Shown here: positions 18,200-28,089 of the stretch, one piece after another
Layout of the letters: each line of letters begins with the position of its first letter
Numbering within the stretch: the first letter of the stretch is position 1
Assembly (NCBI GenBank): GCA_004558825.1
Contig: SFDB01000001.1
Span: 137,427-201,426 of the forward strand
DNA: 64,000 bases
Source: Clostridiales bacterium
Lineage (GTDB): Bacteria; Bacillota; Clostridia; Christensenellales; CAG-138
Direction: 5' to 3'
The notes under the pieces: generated by a model
Databases searched by the model: none
What the model saw: only the letters and a program-made list of their open reading frames with translations
Told to the model about the DNA's origin: nothing
Program-made: the position numbers and the translations under genes

Positions 18200-19318
18200 G
18201 TGATTTATTTGCAAGATTTTCTCGGGCTCTTTTCAAATGTCACGAACTTTACATGGCAGCAGGGGCTTATGATACTTGTCGGCGCAACGCTCATTTATCT
18301 TGCCATTAAGAAAGAGATGGAACCCGCTCTGCTTCTCCCCATGGGGTTCGGCGCGATACTCGTGAACCTGCCTTTCGTTAACACTGAAGCCATCGAAACG
18401 CTTTTTAACGCAGGCATAGCAAATGAACTGTTTCCGCTGCTTCTTTTCATAGGGATAGGCGCAATGATTGACTTCGGTCCGCTGCTCTCTAATCCGAAAA
18501 TGCTCCTTTTCGGCGCTGCGGCACAGTTCGGCATATTCTTTACGCTGATAATGGCGCGGCTTATCGGCTTCGAGATTAACGATGCAGCCTCTATCGCCAT
18601 CATAGGCGCCGCCGACGGCCCAACGTCGATATACGCCGCAAATTATCTAAAGTCGAATTACAGCGGCGCAATAATGGTCGCGGCCTATTCGTACATGGCG
18701 CTTGTCCCGATAATACAGCCGCCCGTTATACGCATGCTTACGACTAAAAAAGAGCGGCTTATCCGTATGCCGTATAAGCCGAGCGCCGTCTCGTCAACAA
18801 CGCGCATACTTTTCCCGATAATCGTAACCATACTCGCGGGAGTGGTCGCCCCTAAGTCCGCCGAATTGATAGGCTTCCTCATGTTCGGCAACCTCATAAG
18901 GGAATGCGGCGTTCTGAAATCGCTCAGCGAAAGCGCACAGAACCAGCTTGCGAACCTTGTCACGCTCATGCTCGGAATATCGGTCGCTTTCAAGATGCAG
19001 GCGGAGATGTTTGTGCGCATCGAAACGCTCGCAATAATCGCGCTCGGCCTCGTCGCGTTCGTCTTCGACACGGCGGGCGGCGTGCTTTTCGCCAAGCTTA
19101 TAAATATTTTCGCTAAAACAAAGGTTAATCCCATGATTGGCGCTGCGGGCATATCCGCATTCCCGATGTCGTCGCGCGTAGTGCATAAGATTGGACTTAA
19201 AGAGGATCCGAATAATTTCCTGCTCATGCATGCGGCAGGCGCGAATGTCAGCGGCCAGATCGCTTCCGTCATCGCAGGCGGGTTGCTTATATCGCTCGTG
19301 GAATCCATGATTGGCTGA
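18200..19318 (+). CDS. oadB: Na+-translocating decarboxylase beta subunit (OadB/GcdB/MmdB family)
   Basis: 372 aa polytopic protein; ..LIYLAIKKEMEPALLLPMGFGAILVNLP.. matches the family N-terminus. The true start may be TTG at 18209 (AAGAGG 8 nt upstream). Confidence 0.92.
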   Translation: MIYLQDFLGLFSNVTNFTWQQGLMILVGATLIYLAIKKEMEPALLLPMGFGAILVNLPFVNTEAIETLFNAGIANELFPLLLFIGIGAMIDFGPLLSNPKMLLFGAAAQFGIFFTLIMARLIGFEINDAASIAIIGAADGPTSIYAANYLKSNYSGAIMVAAYSYMALVPIIQPPVIRMLTTKKERLIRMPYKPSAVSSTTRILFPIIVTILAGVVAPKSAELIGFLMFGNLIRECGVLKSLSESAQNQLANLVTLMLGISVAFKMQAEMFVRIETLAIIALGLVAFVFDTAGGVLFAKLINIFAKTKVNPMIGAAGISAFPMSSRVVHKIGLKEDPNNFLLMHAAGANVSGQIASVIAGGLLISLVESMIG

Positions 19319-19329
19319 GGAGGCGGAAC

Positions 19330-19560
19330 ATGAACATTTTAGACAGATTGTCGCTCAATGAAAGCGAAGAGCTCACCGCACCTGCGGATGAGACAAGTGC
19401 GACCGCATCGATAGAACTCGAATGGAAACCTGACACGCTTCAGGATTCGCTCATAATGACGGGTAAAGGCATGATGGGAGTATTCGTAGTCATAGGCGCG
19501 ATATCCCTTATGATATTCATAATGAATAAGCTGTTCAAGGGCAAGCGCGGCAAAGCATAA
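19330..19560 (+). CDS. OadG-family small membrane subunit of the Na+-decarboxylase
   Basis: 76 aa. Acidic N-terminus, then one TM (GKGMMGVFVVIGAISLMIFIMNKLF) resembling the OadG/gamma-subunit helix. Begins 11 nt after oadB. Confidence 0.7.
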   Translation: MNILDRLSLNESEELTAPADETSATASIELEWKPDTLQDSLIMTGKGMMGVFVVIGAISLMIFIMNKLFKGKRGKA

Positions 19561-19578
19561 TGCACCGACACGATGCAC

Positions 19579-19618
19579 GCGCAAAACCCGCCGAGGATAT
19601 CCTCGGCGGGTTTTGCGC
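19579..19618. terminator. Terminator after oadG (perfect 18-bp palindromic stem)
   Basis: GCGCAAAACCCGCCGAGG, loop ATAT, CCTCGGCGGGTTTTGCGC. The GC core is followed by TTTT, and the symmetry could let it act in both directions. Confidence 0.8.
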
Positions 19619-19774
19619 AACAAAAAAACAAAAAGGACCGCTTCTCTCGAAGCAGCCCTTCTTTTTAGCAGTATCGGTTGAAAGGGGGGATAACCACTGC
19701 TTTTCACTTGCAGCTTTAGTATAGCACCCGTTTCACGCCTATATATCACAGAATTGTTACAATATACTTAAACT

Positions 19775-20644
19775 TTAATTATTTTTTGTTTGCGAAACGC
19801 ATTTAAGCTCGACGCAAACGATGTTCGGCCTGTTAAACAGCCTTATTGGGCATACGCTGTTTCCAAGCCCGCGGCTCACAACAAGAGTCGTGCCGTTCAC
19901 CTGATACGCCCCCGCCGTATACTTTGGGAAAAAGCCCTGGTTCGGCGCAAACAATCCGCCTATCCACGGCAGTCTGAATTGTCCGCCATGCGCGTGGCCG
20001 CTGAACACCACATTTATGCCGAACCTCGCATACGAGTCTATCAGCTCGGGACGATGCGCAAGCAGCATCTTAAAATTGCTCGACCCATCGCCTATCGCAC
20101 GTTTTATATGAAATTCGGCCAATCCCGAATGATAGTCAGCCGTCTGAGTCTCGCCTCGCGGATCCGAAATACCTATAAGATCTGTCGTGTCGCCGTTGCG
20201 TTCGATTGTTGTCACTGCATTCTCGAGCATCGTCACGCCAATATCGAGCATTTGCGCGCTCAGCGCTTCGTATTTATCCGGTACGCTCATCTCGTGGTTG
20301 CCGCTGACATAGTACACCGGCGCAAGCTTCACCGCTCCGCGCACGAACTCCATCGCCTTTTCAATATTCGTGTGTCTGGCATCAATAAGGTCGCCCGTGA
20401 TCACGATAATATCCGGCCGCAAGTCGCATACGGCGTCAAGCAGCCTTGACTGCCCCTTGCCGAAGCGCTTGTTGTGCAAATCGGATATATGCACTATCCT
20501 GAAGCCGTCGAAGCCGTCAGGTACGTCTTGACTCGCATATTCAATGGATGTTACCGTCAAATCGTTGGCCTGCCAACAAACGAACACAGCCGATGCTGCA
20601 ATCAACGCGGCGATCGCAGAAATGATCATTGTCCCCTTCCTCAT
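19775..20644 (-). CDS. Membrane-anchored metallophosphoesterase (calcineurin-like, YkuE-like)
   Basis: N-terminal TM, then motifs ..IVHISDLH.., ..ITGDLID.., ..GNHE.., ..SGHAHGG.. Confidence 0.88.
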   Translation of the reverse strand: MRKGTMIISAIAALIAASAVFVCWQANDLTVTSIEYASQDVPDGFDGFRIVHISDLHNKRFGKGQSRLLDAVCDLRPDIIVITGDLIDARHTNIEKAMEFVRGAVKLAPVYYVSGNHEMSVPDKYEALSAQMLDIGVTMLENAVTTIERNGDTTDLIGISDPRGETQTADYHSGLAEFHIKRAIGDGSSNFKMLLAHRPELIDSYARFGINVVFSGHAHGGQFRLPWIGGLFAPNQGFFPKYTAGAYQVNGTTLVVSRGLGNSVCPIRLFNRPNIVCVELKCVSQTKNN

Positions 20645-20662
20645 TTGCTTTATCGCCGTGCG

Positions 20663-22546
20663 TCAGTTTTTCCCTCCCGGGGGTTCGGGCATCTCGCTTG
20701 GATTCGGCATTCCTTCGGGATGCTCGGGCATTCCGCCATGTCCGCCTTGTCTGCCGGGCGTCCCGAATCCGCCTTCGCGCGTCACGTTATCCGAAACAGT
20801 ATTGTCGAGACTAATCTCCGTAACCTGTTCGCCATCGATTTTTATCGAATACGTTTTACCCGTTTCAAGCCCGGCGGCCGATATTGTCATCGAATTAAAC
20901 GCGTCTTTCGCTTCATAAGACAGCACGGCTTTCCCGTCGCTGTCTATTAGCTCAATTTCTGCTCCCGAGCTGAAGCTCTTTCCAAGCGTCAGGCAAATTG
21001 AATGCTGTTTTGACGCATTGGCAGGCGTCTCAAGCATTGAACATCCGCCTATCGCTACCACCCTGCCGCCGTCAATCAGACACGCGCCGTTAGTGTCGAG
21101 CGGCACATCAGGGTCGTTGATTCCGCCGTCAATAACGAGTTCTCCGCCGGTTATCCATATATATCCGTTGGAATCAATACCGTCGCCTTTCGCGTTGATG
21201 TCTATCTTTCCGCCGTCTATATGTACAATGGCGTTGTTCTGTGCGGAAAACTTATCGTCACGTCCCCATGCGTCCGACGCCTCATCATTTTTATCGCTGC
21301 CGCCTGCAACGTTTATTCCGTCGTCATGAGCGGTCAGTTTTATCACGCCGCCGCTTATAAGCGCTCCCGTTCCTTCGATACCCTCATAGCACTTTGCCAC
21401 GCTTATATCGCCGCCCTTTATAATCATCTGCGCGTCTGCGTGAAAGGCGTCGTCGCCCGTGCTTATCTCAAAGCTGCCGCCCGCAACATAGATATTCGAA
21501 TTTGAGTGAATCGAATCATCAGAGGAATCGATTTTTAGCGTGCCGCCGAGTATTATTACATCCGCTTCGGCACTTATTCCCTTGCCGATCTTATCTCCAC
21601 GCGCCTGTCCGCGGCCGCCGAACGTCACCGCACCGCTTCCGCCGCCGCAGCTAAGCGTTATATCGCCATTCTCGATGTAAGCAATCGTCTTGGCCGCTAT
21701 TCCGCCGCCGCCCGACGTTATGCTCACCTCGCCGCCGCATATGTAGACATAGCCCTTTTCAGCGCTCTTGTCATTCGTCGATTTTATGCCCTTGCCCGCA
21801 GCGTCTACGCTTATTCTGCCGCCGCCTATCAGAACCGCGTCGCGTCCTATAATTCCGTCGTCAACGGAGCTGATGATGACAGCGCCGTCAAAGATTTTCA
21901 GCTTATCCTTCGAGACTATGCCGTTGTTGAACTTGCCTGTCACGGTAAGCTTTCCGCTGCCGTTTATCGAAAGGTCGCCTTGGCTGAACACCGCTGCATC
22001 GGGCTCATTCGCATCGCCGGCGTAAAGCTCGTTCCTTTCACCGTCGGATATAAAGTTCTCCGTGCCGTCGGCAAGCGTGATTATGAGCTTTTTACACTCG
22101 CGCGCATATATTGCAGAGCCGTTTCCGCATGAGAGGTTCACGCCGTTGAGCACCAGCCTCACCGTATCGTCGGCCGCGCAATCTATAAGTATGCTCGCAT
22201 TTTCGTTTTTGCCGCTCAGCACATAAACGCCGCCGCTTTTTATCTCGTATATGCCGTCTATTTCAGATACGTCCTTCTTCGTCGCCTCGGCATCGTTCCA
22301 TTCGGACGTCTTATCCTTTGTTTTGAACTCGCCAAGTTTGCGTCCGCTCATTATGCCTTCGAGTGTGATAAATTCATAGCCTTGCACCGTGTCGCGCATC
22401 TTATCTTCGGCTTGTGCATCGTTCTGCGGTGTCTGCGCGCCGGGCGTCGCGTTTACGCCGTCAGGATTGCCGCCGTTTTGCAGTCCGCACGCACATATCA
22501 TCAGCGCTGCCATAATGCAGACGAGCGCGATAAGTTTATTTTTCAT
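20663..22546 (-). CDS. Cthe_2159-family carbohydrate-binding beta-helix lipoprotein
   Basis: Start at MKNKLIAL (AAGGAGG RBS), lipobox LMICAC. Body of repeated beta-helix rungs (..LVLNGVNLSCGNGSAIYA..LTVTGKFNNGIVSKDKLKI..VDDGIIGRD..GDDAFHADAQMIIKGGDISV..). Pro/Gly/Met-rich C-terminal tail. Confidence 0.8.
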   Translation of the reverse strand: MKNKLIALVCIMAALMICACGLQNGGNPDGVNATPGAQTPQNDAQAEDKMRDTVQGYEFITLEGIMSGRKLGEFKTKDKTSEWNDAEATKKDVSEIDGIYEIKSGGVYVLSGKNENASILIDCAADDTVRLVLNGVNLSCGNGSAIYARECKKLIITLADGTENFISDGERNELYAGDANEPDAAVFSQGDLSINGSGKLTVTGKFNNGIVSKDKLKIFDGAVIISSVDDGIIGRDAVLIGGGRISVDAAGKGIKSTNDKSAEKGYVYICGGEVSITSGGGGIAAKTIAYIENGDITLSCGGGSGAVTFGGRGQARGDKIGKGISAEADVIILGGTLKIDSSDDSIHSNSNIYVAGGSFEISTGDDAFHADAQMIIKGGDISVAKCYEGIEGTGALISGGVIKLTAHDDGINVAGGSDKNDEASDAWGRDDKFSAQNNAIVHIDGGKIDINAKGDGIDSNGYIWITGGELVIDGGINDPDVPLDTNGACLIDGGRVVAIGGCSMLETPANASKQHSICLTLGKSFSSGAEIELIDSDGKAVLSYEAKDAFNSMTISAAGLETGKTYSIKIDGEQVTEISLDNTVSDNVTREGGFGTPGRQGGHGGMPEHPEGMPNPSEMPEPPGGKN

Positions 22547-22576
22547 GATATACCTCCTTAGATATAACAAATTTGC

Positions 22577-23416
22577 TCATTTGGTCAACATCTTGTGTTC
22601 GCGGCGTCGCATTATCTCCGATGCTGTTTTGTCGAGCAGCTTTGACGGCTCGCAGCTCATGCCGACCGTCACATTCGGCCTGTTTGCGCCGTGGAAATCG
22701 CTGCCGCATGTCGCTCTCAGCCCGTTTTGCGCAGCAATCGATATAAAAAGCTCTTTCTGGCCCTGCGTTGACGACGGATAGAATGCCTCTACGCCCCATA
22801 GCCCCGCATCCGCGAGCTTTGCTATTGCCGCATGAGGATTGCCGTGCATCTTGCAAGGGTGCGCAATGACCGAGATTCCGCCCGCGCCGTTTATAAGGCG
22901 TATTGCCTCTTCCGAGTCTATCCGTTCGAAATCGGCATACGCGGGTTTCCCTGCGCCGATGAGACGCTTGAACGCATCGCTTCTGTCGGTCGCAAAGCCG
23001 TTTTTTACAAGCAGGTTTGCTATCGTCAGGCGCGTCATCGTTCCCCTGCAGGACAGTTCGCTTTGCGAAACATCGTACCCGAGGGCGCGCAGCTTTTTAA
23101 TTATCGCCGCAGTTCGCTCCGCTCGTTTCTCCATCTGCCGCCGCAGCGCCTCGCAAAGCTCTGCGTTCTCCATATCAAAATCGAGCCCGAGCATGTGAAT
23201 CTCTTCCTCGCCGTTCCATGTGTCTATCTCTATGCCGCTTATCACGGTCACCCCAAGCTTTTTTCCCTCATCCGCCGCTTCGAGGCAGCCCGCGAACGAG
23301 TCATGGTCCGTCAGCGCCAGAAGCTCAACGCCCGCATCGTGCGCCGCTCGAACAACCTCGCGCGGCGAAAGCGTCCCGTCGGACATATAGGAATGTGTAT
23401 GCAGATCGGCTTTCAT
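22577..23416 (-). CDS. PHP-domain phosphoesterase (TrpH/YciV-like)
   Basis: MKADLHTHSYMSDGTLSP..LALTDHDS.. N-terminal PHP motifs, 279 aa. Confidence 0.88.
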   Translation of the reverse strand: MKADLHTHSYMSDGTLSPREVVRAAHDAGVELLALTDHDSFAGCLEAADEGKKLGVTVISGIEIDTWNGEEEIHMLGLDFDMENAELCEALRRQMEKRAERTAAIIKKLRALGYDVSQSELSCRGTMTRLTIANLLVKNGFATDRSDAFKRLIGAGKPAYADFERIDSEEAIRLINGAGGISVIAHPCKMHGNPHAAIAKLADAGLWGVEAFYPSSTQGQKELFISIAAQNGLRATCGSDFHGANRPNVTVGMSCEPSKLLDKTASEIMRRREHKMLTK

Positions 23417-23473
23417 AGTATTCTCCTTTGAAAATGCCGTACACCATCACGGCGTACGGCATTTTGCGTTTTG

Positions 23474-25528
23474 TTATTGGCCGGAGCTTCCGCCGTCCTT
23501 CGGAATGCCGCCGTCGGCTTCCCTCAGACGCACCAGCGCTTCAAGGTCATCCGCATCGCGTCTTTGCTTCGGCTCGTTCTCCTTCTTCGAGCTTTCTTCG
23601 CGCTCCTTGCGCTCCTGCTCGCGTTTTTCCATCTTCTCGCGATACGGAACAAGCTCAAGCTCTTCTCCCTCGTATATCTTTCTGAATTCGTCGCCCGTCA
23701 TGCGCTCATACTCAATGAGCTTGTTCGAAACCCTTTCGAGCGCCTCCATATCGGAAGAAATTATATCCTTTGCCCGATTATACTGCTCTTCGATTATGCG
23801 GTATATCGCCGCATCAATTTTTGCCGACATATTTTCAGAGCAGTTGTTTGTATGTCCGAGCTCCTTGCCTATAAAGACCTCCGTTTGGCCGCCGAGGAAC
23901 ACGGGCCCTATCTCTTCACTCATACCGAATTCCACAACCATACGCCTTGCAAGTGTGCTCGCGCGCTGCAAATCGTTATATGCGCCCGCGCTTATATCGG
24001 GCAGCGCTATCTCCTCCGCCGCCCTTCCGCCAAGCAGCATCGCTATCTCGTCGAGCAGCTTACACTTTGTAAGATGGTTGCTTTCCCTGTCGGGCAGCGT
24101 CATTGTGTAGCCGTTCGCCATGCCGCGAGGTATTATCGTAACCTCATGAACGGGGTCGCAGCCCTTGAGCTTCAACGATACTATTGCGTGTCCCGACTCG
24201 TGATACGCCGTTATGCGCTTATCCTCTTCGGTTATTATACGGCTCTTTTTCTCGGGCCCCATCATGACGCGTGTTATAGCCTCCTCGAGCTCATCCATCG
24301 TTATTTTATCCTTGCTGAAGCGCGCCGCAAGTATAGCGGCCTCATTAAGCACGTTTTCGAGATCGGCGCCGGTGAAACCGGGCGTACGCTTTGCAAGAAC
24401 GCTTAAATCGACATCGTCAGCAAACGGTTTGCCCTTGGCATGCACCTTGAGTATGGCCTCCCTGCCTTCAACGTCGGGATAGTTGACGACTATCTGCCTG
24501 TCAAATCTGCCCGGCCTTAAGAGCGCAGGATCGAGTATGTCCGCCCTGTTCGTCGCGGCTATGACTATTATGCCCTCGTTCGCAACGAATCCGTCCATTT
24601 CAACGAGCAGTTGGTTAAGCGTCTGCTCGCGCTCATCATGGCCGCCGCCAAGACCGGTTCCGCGTTGGCGTCCCACGGCGTCAATTTCGTCTATAAACAC
24701 TATCGCAGGAGCACATTTTTTCGCCGTCGCAAATAAATCTCTCACGCGGCTCGCGCCCACGCCAACAAACATTTCCACAAAATCGGAACCCGATATCGAA
24801 AAGAAAGGCACGTTGGCTTCGCCTGCAGCGGCTTTCGCAAGAAGCGTTTTACCCGTGCCGGGAGGGCCGACGAGCAGCACGCCCTTCGGTATCCTTGCTC
24901 CCATCTTTATGAAGCGCTTTGGGGCTCGGAGAAACTCTACAACCTCCTGCAGCTCCTGCTTCTCCTCCTCGGCGCCCGCAACGTTTGCGAACGTTATCTT
25001 ATCCGGGTTGCCCATCGTCACCTTGGCGCGGCTCTTCGAGAAGTTCGTCATTTGCTTGCCGCCGCCCTGCGCCCTTATCATGACTATGAATAGCACAACG
25101 AGAAGTATCATCGGCAGCGAATATGTCAGTATGGTAAAAAACGACACATCGCTCACGACCATGACGCGATATTCAAACGGATAGTCGGCTGTCGTTACCT
25201 TGTCCGTATCAATCCCCTTAAGCTTTGCGGTCAGCACGGCCATATCGGTCGAAAACTGCTCTACCGACGGCACGACCGTAAAAAAGTCACACTTTCCCTT
25301 TTTGAAAAAGTCCTTATCTGTGCTGTATTCCGAATTTTTATATATTCCGTATACCGTATCCTTTTGAAGCTGAAGCGCCGCGACTTTATCGTCCCGAACA
25401 AGCTCCAGAAACTCCTTGTAGCGTATTTCTTCGGGCTGCTTGGATAATAACCCCAGACTGCTCGAGAATATCAGAATTATAACGGCGAGCATTACTATGA
25501 AAATTATCGTTCCGCCAAATTTTTTCAA
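23474..25528 (-). CDS. ftsH: ATP-dependent zinc metalloprotease FtsH
   Basis: Two N-terminal TMs, AAA+ Walker [14 protein letters not shown], the second region of homology (SRH), and zinc site HESGHAI. 684 aa with a charged C-terminal tail. Confidence 0.97.
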   Translation of the reverse strand: MKKFGGTIIFIVMLAVIILIFSSSLGLLSKQPEEIRYKEFLELVRDDKVAALQLQKDTVYGIYKNSEYSTDKDFFKKGKCDFFTVVPSVEQFSTDMAVLTAKLKGIDTDKVTTADYPFEYRVMVVSDVSFFTILTYSLPMILLVVLFIVMIRAQGGGKQMTNFSKSRAKVTMGNPDKITFANVAGAEEEKQELQEVVEFLRAPKRFIKMGARIPKGVLLVGPPGTGKTLLAKAAAGEANVPFFSISGSDFVEMFVGVGASRVRDLFATAKKCAPAIVFIDEIDAVGRQRGTGLGGGHDEREQTLNQLLVEMDGFVANEGIIVIAATNRADILDPALLRPGRFDRQIVVNYPDVEGREAILKVHAKGKPFADDVDLSVLAKRTPGFTGADLENVLNEAAILAARFSKDKITMDELEEAITRVMMGPEKKSRIITEEDKRITAYHESGHAIVSLKLKGCDPVHEVTIIPRGMANGYTMTLPDRESNHLTKCKLLDEIAMLLGGRAAEEIALPDISAGAYNDLQRASTLARRMVVEFGMSEEIGPVFLGGQTEVFIGKELGHTNNCSENMSAKIDAAIYRIIEEQYNRAKDIISSDMEALERVSNKLIEYERMTGDEFRKIYEGEELELVPYREKMEKREQERKEREESSKKENEPKQRRDADDLEALVRLREADGGIPKDGGSSGQ

Positions 25529-25660
25529 AGCACATCCTCCTGCGCATTCTTACTGTGTTTATTATGCTATAGTATCATAAAAAGCTGCGCCGTTCAAACG
25601 CGGCCGCGTTTTTTTTATGTTTACCGCGTGAAAAGTTTGTGAACTTGCGATTTTTGACGC

Positions 25661-26575
25661 TCAGCACGCCGACGCAAGGCTGACTGCTATTTTCGCCGCA
25701 AGCTCGACATTATTTTTCACAAGCCGTATGTTTGTTTCCAAGCTTTCGCCGCCCGTCAGCCGCTGTATCCTGTCAAGCAGGAACGGCGTTATCGCTTTGC
25801 CGTTTATTCCGCTCGCATCTGCTTCGCGCAGCGCTTCGTTTATCGCGCGATCTATCGTCTCGCCGTCCATCTCATATTCTTCGGGAACAGGGTTTCCTAT
25901 AACCATGCCGCCGTCAAGACCTATTCTGCTGCGAGCGGCAATTATGCGGGCGATTTCCTCGGCGCTCGACGACATATAAGGCGCCATGAACCCGCTGCTT
26001 CTTGTGTAAAACGCGGGGAATTCTTCCGTTCCGTACGATATTACCGGAACGCCCTTAGTCTCAAGATACTCAAGTGTTAGGCCTATATCGAGTATACTTT
26101 TTGCGCCGGAGCATACGACGGCCACATTCGTGCGCGCAAGCTCCTCAAGGTCTGCCGATATATCCATTGTTTTTTCGGCTCCGCGATGTACGCCGCCTAT
26201 GCCGCCCGTCGCAAACACGCTTATGCCGGCCGCCGCCGCGATTGTCATGGTGCCCGCTACAGTGGTCGCACCGTCAAGCTTTCGCGCCGCAATTATGGGA
26301 ATATCCCGCCGCGACACCTTAGTGACGCGCGTCCCCGCCTTTCCAAGATACTCTATCTCATCCCGTGTGAGACCTGCGCAGAGCTCGCCGCCTATTATCG
26401 CGCATGTCGCGGGAACTGCCCCGTTATTTCTCGCCGTTTCCTCACATTCAAGCGCCGTGACTACGTTCTTCGGATACGGCATTCCGTGCGAAATTATCGT
26501 GCTCTCGAGCGCAACAACGGGTTTTCCCTCCGAAATCGCCTCGCTGACTTCTTTTGAAAGCTTTACGTTCATCAT
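25661..26575 (-). CDS. psuG: Pseudouridine-5'-phosphate glycosidase
   Basis: ..VVALESTIISHGMPYPKN.. and the overall roughly 300-aa IndA/PsuG pattern. Start at MMNVKL (GGAGGA RBS). ATGA-type overlap with the upstream MATE gene. Confidence 0.9.
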   Translation of the reverse strand: MMNVKLSKEVSEAISEGKPVVALESTIISHGMPYPKNVVTALECEETARNNGAVPATCAIIGGELCAGLTRDEIEYLGKAGTRVTKVSRRDIPIIAARKLDGATTVAGTMTIAAAAGISVFATGGIGGVHRGAEKTMDISADLEELARTNVAVVCSGAKSILDIGLTLEYLETKGVPVISYGTEEFPAFYTRSSGFMAPYMSSSAEEIARIIAARSRIGLDGGMVIGNPVPEEYEMDGETIDRAINEALREADASGINGKAITPFLLDRIQRLTGGESLETNIRLVKNNVELAAKIAVSLASAC

Positions 26576-27963
26576 GATTCCTCCATATTCTCGACAGCCA
26601 CGACGGGCTGTATCCATTTCATGCTTCTAAATCTTTGTATGCACATTATGTTTTTGGGTATATCCTCACAAAGCAGCATCACCGTATAGACTATCAGGAA
26701 GTCTATCTTAAATACCAGCCCTAAAATCGCCGTTACAGGCAGCGCAAAAAGCCAAAGACACATCAGGTCGAATTTCATGCCCGTTTTCGTGTCTCCACCT
26801 GCCCTGAAAATGCCGACAATGCTTATGTAGGGTATGTTTCTCACGCCCATCTCTATGCCGTATATCATAAGAAGCGCGGCGGCTGTCGTTTTGACGTAAG
26901 CGTCACTGTTAAAGAGCGTAAGTATCGGACCGCGCAGCGCTATCACGCCCGCGCCGATTATGACCGCCATCACCGGCACTATTACCATGAAGCGCCCGGC
27001 ATATGTCTTAGCTTTATCGATATCGCCCGCGCCTATGCTTTTCGCAACGATGACGTTACAGGCGTTGCAGACGCCAACGAAAAACACGAACGATATGTTC
27101 TCGACCGTTCTGAATATAGTTAGCGCCGCATAATTATCCGTACCCATATGACCGAACACCGCGTTATAGCACATCACGCCGAGCGCCCAGAGCGACTCGT
27201 TCGCAAGCACGGGAAGCGATTTTTTGAAGAAGCTCTTCGCAAAATCCTTCGATATTCTGAATCCCGCTCGGAAATTGGACGCAACCGCGTTTTTCTTTGC
27301 GCGCGACATTATAAGCAGCAGCACCGGCGCGATAAGCGCCGCTATCGACGTCGCATATGCCGCGCCGTCAACACCGAGCTGTGGGCAGCCGAATTTGCCG
27401 AAGATAAGTGCGTAGTTAAGCACAGTGTTTATGGCTACCGACAGGGCGCTCGTAATAAACGGCAGCTTTACCTCCTCAACCGAACGCAGCACAATGGAGC
27501 ACGTCTGGCTGAGCGCCACGCCGAGATATGATATGCACGCTATCCTTATATAGCTCGCCCCAACCGCTATTACGTCCGCATCGTTTGTGAATAAACCAAT
27601 CAGCGTTCCGGGCATTGCAAACGCCGCCGCAATAAACAAAAGCGCTATCGGTATATTACAAAGAAGCATCATGACATACGCGCGCGAAATGCCGTCCTTA
27701 TCGCCGTTTCCCCAATACTGCGCGACAAACACGGCGCCTCCCGAGGCAATGCCGAACATGACAATATTACAGAAAAAGGATATCTGCGAGCCTATGCCTA
27801 CAGCGGCTATCGCCGTATCGCCGAGCCTTCCGACCATAAGCGTATCAATCAGCGACAGCGACGTTGTCAAAAGGTTTTGAAGCGCTATCGGCAGCGCAAG
27901 CCGCAGCAGCGCCTTCCAAAACACTTTGTCATGAAAAACGTTCTTTTTCATATAAAACCCCAT
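26572..27963 (-). CDS. MATE-family efflux transporter
   Basis: 463 aa, 12 TM. N-terminus ..FWKALLRLALPIALQNLLTTSLSLIDTLMVGRLG.. is a typical MatE signature. Confidence 0.9.
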   Translation of the reverse strand: MGFYMKKNVFHDKVFWKALLRLALPIALQNLLTTSLSLIDTLMVGRLGDTAIAAVGIGSQISFFCNIVMFGIASGGAVFVAQYWGNGDKDGISRAYVMMLLCNIPIALLFIAAAFAMPGTLIGLFTNDADVIAVGASYIRIACISYLGVALSQTCSIVLRSVEEVKLPFITSALSVAINTVLNYALIFGKFGCPQLGVDGAAYATSIAALIAPVLLLIMSRAKKNAVASNFRAGFRISKDFAKSFFKKSLPVLANESLWALGVMCYNAVFGHMGTDNYAALTIFRTVENISFVFFVGVCNACNVIVAKSIGAGDIDKAKTYAGRFMVIVPVMAVIIGAGVIALRGPILTLFNSDAYVKTTAAALLMIYGIEMGVRNIPYISIVGIFRAGGDTKTGMKFDLMCLWLFALPVTAILGLVFKIDFLIVYTVMLLCEDIPKNIMCIQRFRSMKWIQPVVAVENMEES

Positions 27964-28089
27964 TCTTAACTATGCAGCAATCATACCACCGCCGCACTTA
28001 TTTTACAAGCGCATACGACGCCCTTATTGCCATAACATTGTGCGCAGATGTATAATCCATATAATATTTGGATGTAGGAGGATCTATCC

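Noticed and set aside
17892-18236. 114-aa minus-strand ORF between the flippase gene and oadB
   Set aside because: It has no RBS and no recognisable family. It overlaps the oadB start and the predicted promoter, leader and terminator. I interpret the region as a non-coding leader.
23471-25184. + ORFs 23471..24406 (311 aa), 23505..24110 and 24483..25184 (233 aa)
   Set aside because: They are antisense to ftsH, whose Walker A/B, SRH and HEXXH motifs are all on the minus strand.
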